Below the pieces are notes generated by a model. That model was not told where the DNA came from. It made no database searches and was given only the letters and a program-made list of their open reading frames with translations. A program made the translations under genes and the position numbers. From Candidatus Saccharimonadota bacterium (GTDB lineage: Bacteria > Patescibacteriota > Doudnabacteria > UBA920 > O2-02-FULL-48-8), in NCBI GenBank assembly GCA_050259015.1, contig JBLMZV010000050.1:1-40812 (forward strand): a stretch of DNA of 40,812 nucleotides. Reading direction: 5' to 3'. Shown here piece by piece: positions 24,092-32,947 of the stretch. The number at the start of each line of letters is the position of its first letter. Position 1 is the stretch's first letter.

Positions 24092-25027
24092 ATGGGCGAT
24101 TTTCCTTACGCAAAAATCATAAGACAGGCTTACCAGCTGACGAAGACCAGAAAGGTTTTATGGCTGTTCGGCCTGTTTTTATTTCTGTCCGACACTCCCT
24201 TCTTGGTTTCGCTTTACCGGGTCCGGGGTTCGGCTTTCGAGGGCGGATTGGAATCGTGGTGGACGGAACTGTCCGCTCCCGGCCGTTACGGTTCGCTTCT
24301 GGCCGGGCTGGCCGTGCTTATCGCGGTCGTCGTGATGTATTTTTTATGCAAGGCCGCATTGATCATCGCCGTCAACAAATTCAAGGACCGCAAGGATATC
24401 CGCTTCGGGGAGGCGGTCAAATCCGGCCGGGAGTATTTCTGGCGGCTGCTCGGAGTTTCCGCTTCGGTTGGGGCCGGGCTGCTGATCGTGACCGCGGTGC
24501 TGTTCGTTCCGGTTGCCTACCTGGCCATGTCCCAATCCGCGGCGCGGGCCTGGTATCTCGGCGGTCTTGCGGCGGTGATTTTCCTGCCGCTGCTGGTCAT
24601 TGCGATGCTTTTGGGAATCCTGACGCCGATGTTCGTCACGCTGTTCGGGCTGAAAGTGGGGAACAGCTTCAAGGCGTCGTTCGACATGCTGGCGGCCAAC
24701 TGGTCGAGCATCCTCCTGTTGGGAATTTTCCTGCGGCTTTTGGGGCTAATCGTCTTCTTTGTCAGCCTGTTTCTGATGATTTTGATCGCCACTCCTGTTG
24801 CTATTTTAGCCAGAGTATCGTATAATACGGTAGGTTCAGCGGGTATGTACGCGATTTTCGCCCTGCTGAGCGTGATCCTGACCGCGATTTTCCTCGCGGT
24901 GCAGGCGGCGGTCGCGGCATTCAACCACACCGCCTGGGTTCTTGCGTTCCTTGAAATCGTGAAGCCCAAGAAAAGTTCGCCTGAAGAGGAAGCGGCGGTT
25001 GTGCCAGAGATGATTTCCGGCGGATAA
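24092..25027 (+). CDS. Polytopic membrane protein of unknown function
   Basis: 311 aa with about 6 hydrophobic helices. Starts 4 nt after the ftsH stop. Family not recognised with confidence. Confidence 0.6.
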   Translation: MGDFPYAKIIRQAYQLTKTRKVLWLFGLFLFLSDTPFLVSLYRVRGSAFEGGLESWWTELSAPGRYGSLLAGLAVLIAVVVMYFLCKAALIIAVNKFKDRKDIRFGEAVKSGREYFWRLLGVSASVGAGLLIVTAVLFVPVAYLAMSQSAARAWYLGGLAAVIFLPLLVIAMLLGILTPMFVTLFGLKVGNSFKASFDMLAANWSSILLLGIFLRLLGLIVFFVSLFLMILIATPVAILARVSYNTVGSAGMYAIFALLSVILTAIFLAVQAAVAAFNHTAWVLAFLEIVKPKKSSPEEEAAVVPEMISGG

Positions 25028-25035
25028 TGATGCAT

Positions 25036-25112
25036 GGACGATTAGCTCAGTTGGTTAGAGCGTCTCTTTGACGTAGAGAAGGTCAGTGGTTCGAATCCAC
25101 TATCGTCCACCA
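25036..25112 (+). tRNA. tRNA-Val with anticodon GAC; CCA end is encoded
   Basis: Acceptor GGACGAT/ATCGTCC, D arm GCTC..GAGC, anticodon stem TCTCT/AGAGA with loop TTGACGT, T arm AGTGG-TTCGAAT-CCACT, then ACCA. Confidence 0.9.
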
Positions 25113-25206
25113 GAAGAAATTCATTCGGAGCTTAGAAGCACGGAATTCTAAACAAAGCCATTTGTTTCGAATTTTGGATTTTGAAGTTCCGCTTAAGGAG
25201 CGGGCG

Positions 25207-25890
25207 ATGGATCTATCGAACTTAGAAAAAGAAATCAAATTAAAATTCAACGACAGGGACCTGCTGCAGAGCTCCCTCACTCACCGGTCTTATTTAAACG
25301 AGAACCGGAAATGGCCGCTGCCGCACAACGAGCGTCTGGAATTTTTGGGAGACGCGGTCTTGGAGCTGATCACAACCGAACATCTTTACCGCACTTACCC
25401 CAATCCGGAGGGCGAGCTGACGAACCTCAGGTCGGCGCTGGTCAACTACAAGATGCTGGCCGAGATCGCCAGCGACATCAAACTCGAACAATATATCCTG
25501 CTGTCCAAAGGCGAAGCCAAGGACACGGGCCGGGCCCGCCAGGTGATACTGGCCAACGCCTTGGAGGCTCTGATTGGCGCCATCTACCTCGATGCGGGAT
25601 TCGAAGAGGCCCGGAAATTCGTGGACGGCTACGTCATCAATAAATTGGCCAATATCCTTTCGGAGGGGAAAGTGATAGACCCCAAGAGCAAGTTTCAGGA
25701 GCTTACCCAGGAGAAGCTGGGCATCACGCCGCATTATAAGGTCCTGGCCGAATGGGGTCCCGACCACAACAAGAGCTTCGAGGTCGGCGTGTTCGTCAAT
25801 GACCGCCAGATCGCCAAGGGAATCGGATCGTCCAAGCAGGAAGCGGAAATCGCGGCGGCCGAGAACGGCCTGAAGGTGAGTGATTTTTAA
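25207..25890 (+). CDS. rnc: Ribonuclease III
   Basis: Signature NERLEFLGDAVLE and a C-terminal dsRBD (FEVGVFVNDRQIAKGIGSSKQEAEIAAAENGL). Start set at the ATG at 25207. Confidence 0.93.
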   Translation: MDLSNLEKEIKLKFNDRDLLQSSLTHRSYLNENRKWPLPHNERLEFLGDAVLELITTEHLYRTYPNPEGELTNLRSALVNYKMLAEIASDIKLEQYILLSKGEAKDTGRARQVILANALEALIGAIYLDAGFEEARKFVDGYVINKLANILSEGKVIDPKSKFQELTQEKLGITPHYKVLAEWGPDHNKSFEVGVFVNDRQIAKGIGSSKQEAEIAAAENGLKVSDF

Positions 25891-25908
25891 AACCAAGTAC
25901 GAATATAA

Positions 25909-28446
25909 ATGTATCTAAAGAGACTGGAAATCCACGGCTTCAAATCCTTCGCCCATAAGACGGTGCTCGATTTCGAACCCGGGATGACGGCCGTGGTGGG
26001 ACCGAACGGTTCGGGCAAGTCGAACGTGGCGGATTCGCTGCGCTGGGTCATGGGCGAACAGTCCATGAAGCTTTTGCGCGGCAAAAAATCCGAGGACGTT
26101 ATTTTCGCCGGCAGCGACAAGAAGTCCAAGCTGTCCATGGCCGAGGTCGCCCTGACCTTCGACAACAAGGACCGGAAGCTGCCGTTCGATTACGCGGAAG
26201 TGGAAATCCGACGGCGCGTATACCGGAACGGCGAATCCGAGTATCTGATCAACAACCAACGGGCCAGGCTGCTGGACGTCGTGGACGCCCTGATGCGTTC
26301 CGGATTCGGCGCCACCAATTACGCGGTCATCGGGCAGGGCACCATCGACCAGATGATCCTGGCCGGTCCGGCGGAAATCAAGAATCTGATCGAGGAGGCC
26401 TCCGGGGTCAAACCGTACTACCTGAAAAGAGAGAAGACGATCCGCCGCCTGCAGCAGACCGAAGAGAACCTGGTCCAGGTGTCCCAGCTCATAAACGAGA
26501 TCGAACCCCGGCTCAGATCTTTGAAGAGGCAGGCAAAACGCATGGAGGAACGGGAGGCGATCAGCCTGGAACTTAAACAGCTGCAGAACCGGTATTACTC
26601 CGAACAATACCGGCTCTTGAACCTGGAACTTTCGGCCGTCAATGACGGCGCTTCGCTGAAACAGAAGACAATCGGGGAGGTGGAAGCGGAGATCAGCCAG
26701 TTCCAGAAGGTTTTGGAGAAGGAAGAGCAGGAGAACCGGAAGGCGGCCAATTTTTCATATGAGCTCAACAAGACCGTGGGGCTGCTGGAACAGAAGCGGT
26801 TCAAGCTGCAGGAGGACCTCGCCGAGATACGGGGGAAACTTAAGGCTGACATGATTCCGGGGAGCATCGACCGGGACAGCCTTAACGTCCAGAAGCTTGA
26901 TTTGGAACGCGAACTGGAATCCTCGGAGAACCGGCAAAAGGGCCTGGTGACCAGGCTTACCAACGACGAGAAGCAGCTGGCGCGCCTGCAGGAACAGTTG
27001 GAGAAGCTCGGGGCGCAGATCGAACGGGCCAAAAACAACAAGATCGACCTAACTGTCTGGCAGCAGGAACTGAAGCGGTTCGAACTGAATTTCCTGGAGA
27101 CGCTGGACCGGCTTAGGGCGGACAACCTGGAGGAAGGCAAGAACCGGCTGAAGGCGATAGTCACTGCCCTGTCGACGTCCAACGCCGTGTCCGCATCCTC
27201 CGAGGAAGATCTGGGTAAGCTTATGGCCGGGAAGGAACAGCTGGTCGCGGAAGTGCATCAGCTGGAACTGAGGGTCGTGGAGCAGAAGACCCTGAAGGGC
27301 GCATACCAGGAAGAGATCGAGAGCCTGACCATGAAATTGAACCAGGTGAAGAGCCTTCTGAAGGATAATCCGCAGAATTTCAAGAGCGAATTGTTCCGAC
27401 AGGAAGAGATCCTGAACGCGGACCTAAACCGGATCCTTTCGCAGATCGAGGAGTCGAAAGCGGCGCTTTCCAAAGTGGAAGGCGAGGAACGGAGCAAGAA
27501 AAGCTTCCTGGTCGAAGAGGAGAAGAAATATCGCCGGCAAAGCGCCCAGGTAGGCAGCCTGAAGGACGAGCTCAACAAACTGCTGGTGGAAAAGGCCAGA
27601 CTTGAGACCCGGCTGGAGGGCCTGCTTAAGGAAGTGGCGGATAACGGCCTGGATGCCGGAGCCGTGAAGAACCAGCCCGGCGCGGAACTGGAACCGGACA
27701 TAGTGAACCGCATCGAAAAACTGAAACACCAGCTGGAGCTTGCGGGCGGCATCGACGAAGGCACGCTGGCCGAGTACCGCGAAACCGAAGAACGCTTCGC
27801 TTATCTGACTTCGCAATCCGGCGATCTGACCAAGGCGGTTTCTGACCTAAAGCAGGTAATCGAGGAACTGGATGTGATCATCAAGAAACAGTTCGACGAA
27901 GCGTTCGAACGGATATCCTCCCGTTTCTCCGAATATTTCAGGATCCTGTTCAACGGCGGCCGCGCACACATGGCCCTCCTAAAGGAAGTCGTGGCCGAGG
28001 CGGAAGAGGAAGATGATGACGGGGAAGACGGGGAGCGCCTGCCCGAGGAGACTGAAGGACGCAAAGGCGAAAAACAGATTACCGGCATCGAAATCAAGGC
28101 GACTCCGCCTGGCAAGAAACTGTCCACGATCGCATCCCTGTCCGGAGGGGAACGGGCCCTGACCGCAATTGCGCTGCTTTGCAGCATGCTCGCGTCTTAC
28201 CCTTCGCCGTTCGTGGTTTTGGATGAAGTGGACGCGGCGCTCGATGAGGCCAACTCCATCCGCTTCGCCAAAATTCTAAGCACCCTCGCGCACCAGACCC
28301 AATTCGTGACGATCACCCACAACCGGGAAACGATGCGCCAGGCGCATACCCTTTACGGGGTGACCATGAGCGACGAAGGCGTGTCGAAGATGCTGTCCTT
28401 AAAACTCGATCAGGCGATAAAGGCGCAGCCGCCGAAAGTCGTTTAA
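25909..28446 (+). CDS. smc: SMC-type chromosome segregation ATPase, unusually short (845 aa)
   Basis: Head motifs GPNGSGKSN (Walker A), LSGGERALTAIALL (signature) and VVLDEVDAALD (Walker B), with long heptad-rich arms. I could not see a canonical hinge segment. Confidence 0.85.
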   Translation: MYLKRLEIHGFKSFAHKTVLDFEPGMTAVVGPNGSGKSNVADSLRWVMGEQSMKLLRGKKSEDVIFAGSDKKSKLSMAEVALTFDNKDRKLPFDYAEVEIRRRVYRNGESEYLINNQRARLLDVVDALMRSGFGATNYAVIGQGTIDQMILAGPAEIKNLIEEASGVKPYYLKREKTIRRLQQTEENLVQVSQLINEIEPRLRSLKRQAKRMEEREAISLELKQLQNRYYSEQYRLLNLELSAVNDGASLKQKTIGEVEAEISQFQKVLEKEEQENRKAANFSYELNKTVGLLEQKRFKLQEDLAEIRGKLKADMIPGSIDRDSLNVQKLDLERELESSENRQKGLVTRLTNDEKQLARLQEQLEKLGAQIERAKNNKIDLTVWQQELKRFELNFLETLDRLRADNLEEGKNRLKAIVTALSTSNAVSASSEEDLGKLMAGKEQLVAEVHQLELRVVEQKTLKGAYQEEIESLTMKLNQVKSLLKDNPQNFKSELFRQEEILNADLNRILSQIEESKAALSKVEGEERSKKSFLVEEEKKYRRQSAQVGSLKDELNKLLVEKARLETRLEGLLKEVADNGLDAGAVKNQPGAELEPDIVNRIEKLKHQLELAGGIDEGTLAEYRETEERFAYLTSQSGDLTKAVSDLKQVIEELDVIIKKQFDEAFERISSRFSEYFRILFNGGRAHMALLKEVVAEAEEEDDDGEDGERLPEETEGRKGEKQITGIEIKATPPGKKLSTIASLSGGERALTAIALLCSMLASYPSPFVVLDEVDAALDEANSIRFAKILSTLAHQTQFVTITHNRETMRQAHTLYGVTMSDEGVSKMLSLKLDQAIKAQPPKVV

Positions 28447-28454
28447 ACAAAACC

Positions 28455-29066
28455 ATGGCCACCGATATTCTGCTCGCGGTCACCAAGTTCATTACCAACG
28501 TAATATCCAGCCTCGGTTACGCCGGGGTGGCGCTCCTGATGGCGATCGAATCGGCGGCAATCCCGCTGCCGTCAGAGGTGATCATGCCGTTTTCCGGATT
28601 CCTCGTGGAAAGCGGACGTTTTACGCTTTGGGGTCTGGCCCTGGCCGGCGCCGTCGGCTCGGTAGTCGGTTCTGCCTTAACTTACGCCCTGGGCTATTTC
28701 GGCGGGCGCAAACTGATTCTCAAGTACGGCCACTACGTGCTGATTAGCGCCCACGACCTGGAGCTGACCGAAAGGTTTTTCCGCCGTTTCGGGAGCCTGT
28801 CCTCCCTGATCGGCCGCGTGCTGCCGATAGTACGGACATTCATCTCCATCCCGGCGGGCATAGGCAAGGTCCCTCTGAAGCCCTTTTTGTTTTATACATT
28901 CATCGGTTCCTTCATCTGGTCGTACCTGCTGGCCTGGCTCGGCGTCCGGCTGGGCGAAAATTGGCATATGCTCGAAACGTACTTCCGGAAGTTCGACCTG
29001 CTCCTGGGGGCGCTCATCGTAGCCGCGCTGGGGTACTGGATCTGGCGTCATTTCCGGCAGGAATAG
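28455..29066 (+). CDS. DedA/SNARE-associated family membrane protein
   Basis: AIESAAIPLPSEVIMPFSGFL and RVLPIVRTFISIPAGIGKV are typical DedA motifs. Confidence 0.85.
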   Translation: MATDILLAVTKFITNVISSLGYAGVALLMAIESAAIPLPSEVIMPFSGFLVESGRFTLWGLALAGAVGSVVGSALTYALGYFGGRKLILKYGHYVLISAHDLELTERFFRRFGSLSSLIGRVLPIVRTFISIPAGIGKVPLKPFLFYTFIGSFIWSYLLAWLGVRLGENWHMLETYFRKFDLLLGALIVAALGYWIWRHFRQE

Positions 29067-29070
29067 GGGT

Positions 29071-29099
29071 TTGACGCGGGGAGGGAAAATTGCTATACT
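29071..29099 (+). promoter_or_regulatory. Putative rpsP promoter
   Basis: TTGACG, 17-nt spacer, TATACT with TGC upstream of the -10. Confidence 0.55.
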
Positions 29100-29139
29100 G
29101 TGCAGGCACTATCAATTAAGACTAACCCAAGTTAAGAGC

Positions 29140-29457
29140 ATGTTAACCATTCGTCTTCAAAGGACAGGGACCAAGAACAAGCCGGCTTTCCGTCTGGTAC
29201 TCGCCCAATCCTACCGTTCCGCCAGTAAGAAGTTCCTGGAAGTCTTGGGAAGCTACAACCCCCGGACGAAGAGTTTCGGCATCAAGAGCGAAGAACGGCT
29301 CAAGCACTGGCTGTCACAGAACGTGAATGTCTCGCCGACCGTCAGGAATCTTCTGATCGAAAAGAAGCTTATGACCGGCAAAAAGACCAAGGCCTGGCGC
29401 CCCAAGAAAAAGGCTGCCGCTGAGGCCGCTCCGGCCCCGGCCGCTCCTGCCGCTTAA
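29140..29457 (+). CDS. rpsP: 30S ribosomal protein S16
   Basis: MLTIRLQRTGTKNKPAFRLVLA... followed by a basic, Ala/Pro-rich tail. Start set at the ATG at 29140. Confidence 0.93.
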   Translation: MLTIRLQRTGTKNKPAFRLVLAQSYRSASKKFLEVLGSYNPRTKSFGIKSEERLKHWLSQNVNVSPTVRNLLIEKKLMTGKKTKAWRPKKKAAAEAAPAPAAPAA

Positions 29458-29467
29458 TAAACCTGAG

Positions 29468-29497
29468 AATTCCCGCAAATACTGCGGGAATTTTTTT
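29468..29497 (+). terminator. Terminator after rpsP
   Basis: AATTCCCGCA-aatac-TGCGGGAATT hairpin followed by TTTTT. Confidence 0.75.
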
Positions 29498-29517
29498 GCT
29501 CAGGCTTATCCCCAGAG

Positions 29518-29545
29518 TTGACACTGAGGGGCGGTTTGTTATACT
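29518..29545 (+). promoter_or_regulatory. Putative promoter of the KH-domain gene
   Basis: TTGACA, 16-nt spacer, TATACT, followed by a leader of about 90 nt. Confidence 0.5.
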
Positions 29546-29639
29546 ATGGGTGACTAAAGATGCCTTAACATTAAACCTTAGGTCGAAAAAGTAAGGGCAC
29601 TTTTAGTTCTTTGAGAACATTAAATAAGAGACGTAAGAT

Positions 29640-29969
29640 ATGGCAGAAGAAAAAGACCAGGAATTTGTTGAGTATCTCGTAAAAGCTTTAGTTGACCATC
29701 CTGAGGATGTCAAAACTGAGCGCACAGTCGACGAGATGGGTGTCCTCATTACGCTCCATCTGAACCCGGAAGACATGGGACAGGTGATCGGCCGACAGGG
29801 ACAAACCGCTAAGTCCATCCGCACCCTGTTGAGGGTGGTAGGCGCCAAGCGCAAGTCTCGAGTGAACCTGAAGATTCACGAGCCGGAAGGCTCCCGGCGG
29901 GCGGTCAGGGAAGAAGCAGCCCCTGCGGATCAGGAATTATCCACCGACATCGACGACTTCAAACTCTAA
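29640..29969 (+). CDS. KH-domain RNA-binding protein (KhpA/YlqC-like)
   Basis: LVKALVDHPEDV... and MGQVIGRQGQTAKSIRTLL (GxxG KH motif). It occupies the usual position after rpsP. Confidence 0.85.
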   Translation: MAEEKDQEFVEYLVKALVDHPEDVKTERTVDEMGVLITLHLNPEDMGQVIGRQGQTAKSIRTLLRVVGAKRKSRVNLKIHEPEGSRRAVREEAAPADQELSTDIDDFKL

Positions 29970-29978
29970 CCAAAACCA

Positions 29979-30004
29979 AACCCCCCGCTTGCCGGGGGGT
30001 TTTA
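29979..30004 (+). terminator. Terminator after the KH-domain gene
   Basis: CCCCCCG-cttg-CCGGGGGG hairpin followed by TTTT. Confidence 0.7.
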
Positions 30005-30019
30005 ATTGCTATTTAACCG

Positions 30020-30724
30020 ATGAGGAAAACCCCCACCCAATTTAATATCATAAGCTTGTTCCCGGAAGCCTTCACATCCTACTTCGACATCAGCCTGATG
30101 AAGCGGGCGGTGGCCAAAGGCTTCATTAAAGTCGTTCTGGTCGGCTTGCGGCGGTTCGGGCTCGGAGCCAGGCAGACGGTGGACGACCGGCCGTACGGCG
30201 GCGGGGCGGGAATGCTCCTCCGGGTGGATGTCATCCACAAAGCTCTCAAGAAGCTGAGGCTGAAGCGCGGACAAAAGGGCAAGACAATCGCGCTACTGAC
30301 GCCCCAGGGCAAACCTTTCGACCAGGCGATGGCCCTGAAGCTTTCGAAAAGCAAAACCATAACTTTGATTTGCGGCCGCTACGAGGGGTTCGACGAACGG
30401 GTGCGGGACCTGGTGGACATCGAAATCTCGCTCGGCGATTTCGTTATGACCGGCGGCGAGATTCCCGCTTTGGCCGTGGTCGATTGCGTCTCGCGTCTGG
30501 TGCCCGGAGTGGTCGGCAAGGAGGAGTCGGTGGAGAAGGAAAGCTTCGCCGAGCCGCTCCTGGAGTATCCGCAGTACACCCGTCCGGAGAAATACCTCGG
30601 CCAGAGGGTGCCGAAGGTGCTTTTGTCGGGCGATCACCGAAAAGTCGACGAGTGGAGGCATTCACAGGCGGTCAGGCGGACCAAGAAACGCCGGCCCGAT
30701 CTTCTGAAACATGCAAAAATTTGA
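30020..30724 (+). CDS. trmD: tRNA (guanine37-N1)-methyltransferase
   Basis: FNIISLFPEAF, DDRPYGGGAGM, ICGRYEGFDERV and GDFVMTGGEIPA are TrmD motifs. Confidence 0.93.
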   Translation: MRKTPTQFNIISLFPEAFTSYFDISLMKRAVAKGFIKVVLVGLRRFGLGARQTVDDRPYGGGAGMLLRVDVIHKALKKLRLKRGQKGKTIALLTPQGKPFDQAMALKLSKSKTITLICGRYEGFDERVRDLVDIEISLGDFVMTGGEIPALAVVDCVSRLVPGVVGKEESVEKESFAEPLLEYPQYTRPEKYLGQRVPKVLLSGDHRKVDEWRHSQAVRRTKKRRPDLLKHAKI

Positions 30725-31634
30725 AGCGGAGAGCGCGGAGCGCCTTGATAAGTTCCTGGCCGAACGTCTGCCGGTCTCCCGCGGCCGGATCCAAAGGTCC
30801 ATCAAGGACGGGGTTGTAGCCGTCAACGGCGGTCCAGTACTGGAAGCGGATTACCGGTTATGCGCGGGGGATATCGTGGAATTGCCGGAATTCGAGGACC
30901 GGGCGCTGGCGACCCGGCCGGATATCAAGCTTAACGTGGTTTTTGAAAACGATTACTGCCTCGTGATCGACAAGCCCGCCGGTCTGGTGGTCCATCCGGG
31001 GGCCGGCCATGTCGATGACACCCTGAGCAACGCCCTGTTGTCGCACTTCCCGGCCATCCGGGGAGTGGGCGACCCCCATCGGCCGGGCATCGTGCATCGG
31101 TTGGACGAGGACACGTCCGGCCTGCTGCTGATAGCCAAGACCCAGGCGGCTTATGATTATTTTAAAGGTCAATTTTTGGACCGCCGGGTCGAGAAGGACT
31201 ACCTGGCTTTGGTGCATGGCCTGCCTAAACTGCATGGCGTAATCGACCTGCCGATCGGCAAAAGCAACAGTCACCGTAAGATGAAGGCAGGCGAGGGGAA
31301 GGAGGCTGTAACCGAGTATTCCGTGCTGGCTCAGTCCCCGGAGACGGCCCTTGACCAACTGTCCCTGCTTAGGGTAAAATTACACACAGGCCGAACCCAT
31401 CAGATCAGGGTTCACTTGTCCCACGAGGGATTCCCGATTTTCGGGGACCAGGTTTACGGGGGCAATTATAAGGAAAGCGACAAGAAAACACTGCCTCGGC
31501 AGTTCCTTCACGCTTACAGATTGAAGTTTCAATTAATGGATGGCGCCTGGATTGAACTGGTATCGAATTTGCCAGAAGAATTAAAACAGACGCTAACCAA
31601 AGCAGGTATCGAATATGTCCATCCAAACGATTAA
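30711..31634 (+). CDS. RluA/RluD-family 23S rRNA pseudouridine synthase
   Basis: N-terminal S4 domain (RLDKFLAERL), catalytic HRLDEDTSGLLLIAK, and HTGRTHQIRVHL. Overlaps trmD by 14 nt. Confidence 0.88.
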   Translation: MQKFEAESAERLDKFLAERLPVSRGRIQRSIKDGVVAVNGGPVLEADYRLCAGDIVELPEFEDRALATRPDIKLNVVFENDYCLVIDKPAGLVVHPGAGHVDDTLSNALLSHFPAIRGVGDPHRPGIVHRLDEDTSGLLLIAKTQAAYDYFKGQFLDRRVEKDYLALVHGLPKLHGVIDLPIGKSNSHRKMKAGEGKEAVTEYSVLAQSPETALDQLSLLRVKLHTGRTHQIRVHLSHEGFPIFGDQVYGGNYKESDKKTLPRQFLHAYRLKFQLMDGAWIELVSNLPEELKQTLTKAGIEYVHPND

Positions 31635-31974
31635 GCCAGAACAGCTCAAGACCGAGGCTCCGAAACTGAAGGCCGGATACGTGGTCCGGGTCCACCAGAA
31701 GATCAAGGACGTTTCCCCGGACGGCAAGGAGAAGGAGCGTATCCAGATTTTTGAAGGCACCGTGATCGGCACCAAGAACGGCAAGGGTATCACCGGCACT
31801 GTAACCGTCAGGAAGATCTCCTCGGGAGTAGGCGTAGAGCGCATCTTTCCGATCCACTCTCCGAACATCGAGAAAATCGATGTGATCAAGCAGAATCCGA
31901 TCCGCAAAGCCAAACTGTACTATGTCCGTTCGGGAAAGGAAGCCCGGGTCAAGGATCGGAAAAAAACCAAGTAA
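31615..31974 (+). CDS. rplS: 50S ribosomal protein L19
   Basis: RIQIFEGTVIGTKNGKGITGTVTVRKISSGVGVERIFPIHSPNIEKI is a typical L19 core. Overlaps the rluD-like gene by 20 nt. Confidence 0.93.
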   Translation: MSIQTIKPEQLKTEAPKLKAGYVVRVHQKIKDVSPDGKEKERIQIFEGTVIGTKNGKGITGTVTVRKISSGVGVERIFPIHSPNIEKIDVIKQNPIRKAKLYYVRSGKEARVKDRKKTK

Positions 31975-31977
31975 TTC

Positions 31978-32005
31978 CAAATCGCCCCGACCAGGGCGAT
32001 TTTTT
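31978..32005 (+). terminator. Terminator after rplS
   Basis: ATCGCCC-cgacca-GGGCGAT hairpin followed by TTTTT. Confidence 0.75.
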
Positions 32006-32020
32006 GTAAGGCAAGCGGCG

Positions 32021-32049
32021 TTGACAATCGCCGCCAATTGGAGTAGAAT
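32021..32049 (+). promoter_or_regulatory. Promoter preceding a structured leader
   Basis: TTGACA, 17-nt spacer, TAGAAT. Confidence 0.55.
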
Positions 32050-32055
32050 AAGCTA

Positions 32056-32177
32056 AATCCGATAAGGGTGGGGGCTGTGATCCGCTGTCTATCATTTGGA
32101 CGCCTTATGACAGCGGGGAGCCAGTGGCGTAACCGATCACCGAAGAGCAACCTTTATCAGGACAGGGTTGTTTTTTT
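32056..32177 (+). promoter_or_regulatory. Candidate cis-regulatory leader (riboswitch or attenuator-like) or small RNA, ending in an intrinsic terminator
   Basis: Nested stems GTGATC..GATCAC and CCGCTGTC..GACAGCGG, with an alternative ATAAGG..CCTTAT pairing. Then the terminator CAACCTT-tatcaggac-AGGGTTG followed by T7, ending 15 nt before the next ATG. Confidence 0.4.
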
Positions 32178-32191
32178 ATTTATCATTTTTT

Positions 32192-32947
32192 ATGAACAGG
32201 ATAGTCCTGATTTTTGTTATGGTAACGGCGGCCACGGCAGCCTGCCCGCTGAAAGCCCGGGCGTCAGCGATCTTTTTCGAGCAGACGCCGTTACCGACCG
32301 GCAAGCTTTTGATCACGGTAATGCTGGATACAGAAGGCGAGATGCTCAACGCTTATGAAGGCGCGGTCGTTTACGATCCCGGCAAGTTGGAGCTGGATGC
32401 GATCGAAACCGAAGAGTCGATCGTGAGCCTCTGGCCGGAAGAGCCGCATGAGCAGCCGGCGGGCCGGCTGGCATTCGCCGGCGGCACGATCGGCGGGTTT
32501 AACGGTTCGGGGAAACTCTACGCGGCCGTGTTCCGGGCAAAAGAGCCGGGTATTGTCCGCATCGAGAATCCGGCTGTTTTGAGGCACGACGGAAAGGGTA
32601 CGCCGGTCCCGGTGCGGACCTCCGCCTTAAGCGTAGGGGAGTTTAGAGTCGCTTCCGGCTTTTCTGCCGGACCGGTTCCAGAGACGGAACCAACCGCTTA
32701 TCCGACAAGGAATCCAGACGGAGAGACGCAGGCTCCCCATGGCATTTCGGAAAACGGCATTGACCCTGAGGGTCCAATCGGATCGCCGGTGTTTCGGCTG
32801 CAGGCGGAAACCCCGGAGCGGCTGCCGACGGTATTCTCTGAGCCAATCCTCCCGGTATATGCCAATCCAAAAAATGCGCTTGCGGAGATGCTGGCCGCCT
32901 GGAGAGTGCTTCGGCTTGGATTGACTTTCAGGTCCTTTATGGTATAG
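32192..32947 (+). CDS. Secreted cohesin-domain-like protein
   Basis: Signal peptide MNRIVLIFVMVTAATAA. The segment ITVMLDTEGEMLNAYEGAVVYDPGKLEL...GRLAFAGGTIGGFNGSGKLYAAVFRAKEPG matches the cohesin fold pattern. Pro/Glu-rich C-terminus. Confidence 0.6.
   Translation: MNRIVLIFVMVTAATAACPLKARASAIFFEQTPLPTGKLLITVMLDTEGEMLNAYEGAVVYDPGKLELDAIETEESIVSLWPEEPHEQPAGRLAFAGGTIGGFNGSGKLYAAVFRAKEPGIVRIENPAVLRHDGKGTPVPVRTSALSVGEFRVASGFSAGPVPETEPTAYPTRNPDGETQAPHGISENGIDPEGPIGSPVFRLQAETPERLPTVFSEPILPVYANPKNALAEMLAAWRVLRLGLTFRSFMV

Noticed and set aside
24160-24825. A 221-aa plus-strand ORF in an alternative frame inside the membrane-protein gene 24092-25027.
   Set aside because: Its translation is Arg/Gly/Pro-rich with no hydrophobic-helix pattern. 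The co-located frame at 24092 gives a coherent polytopic membrane protein that starts 4 nt after ftsH.
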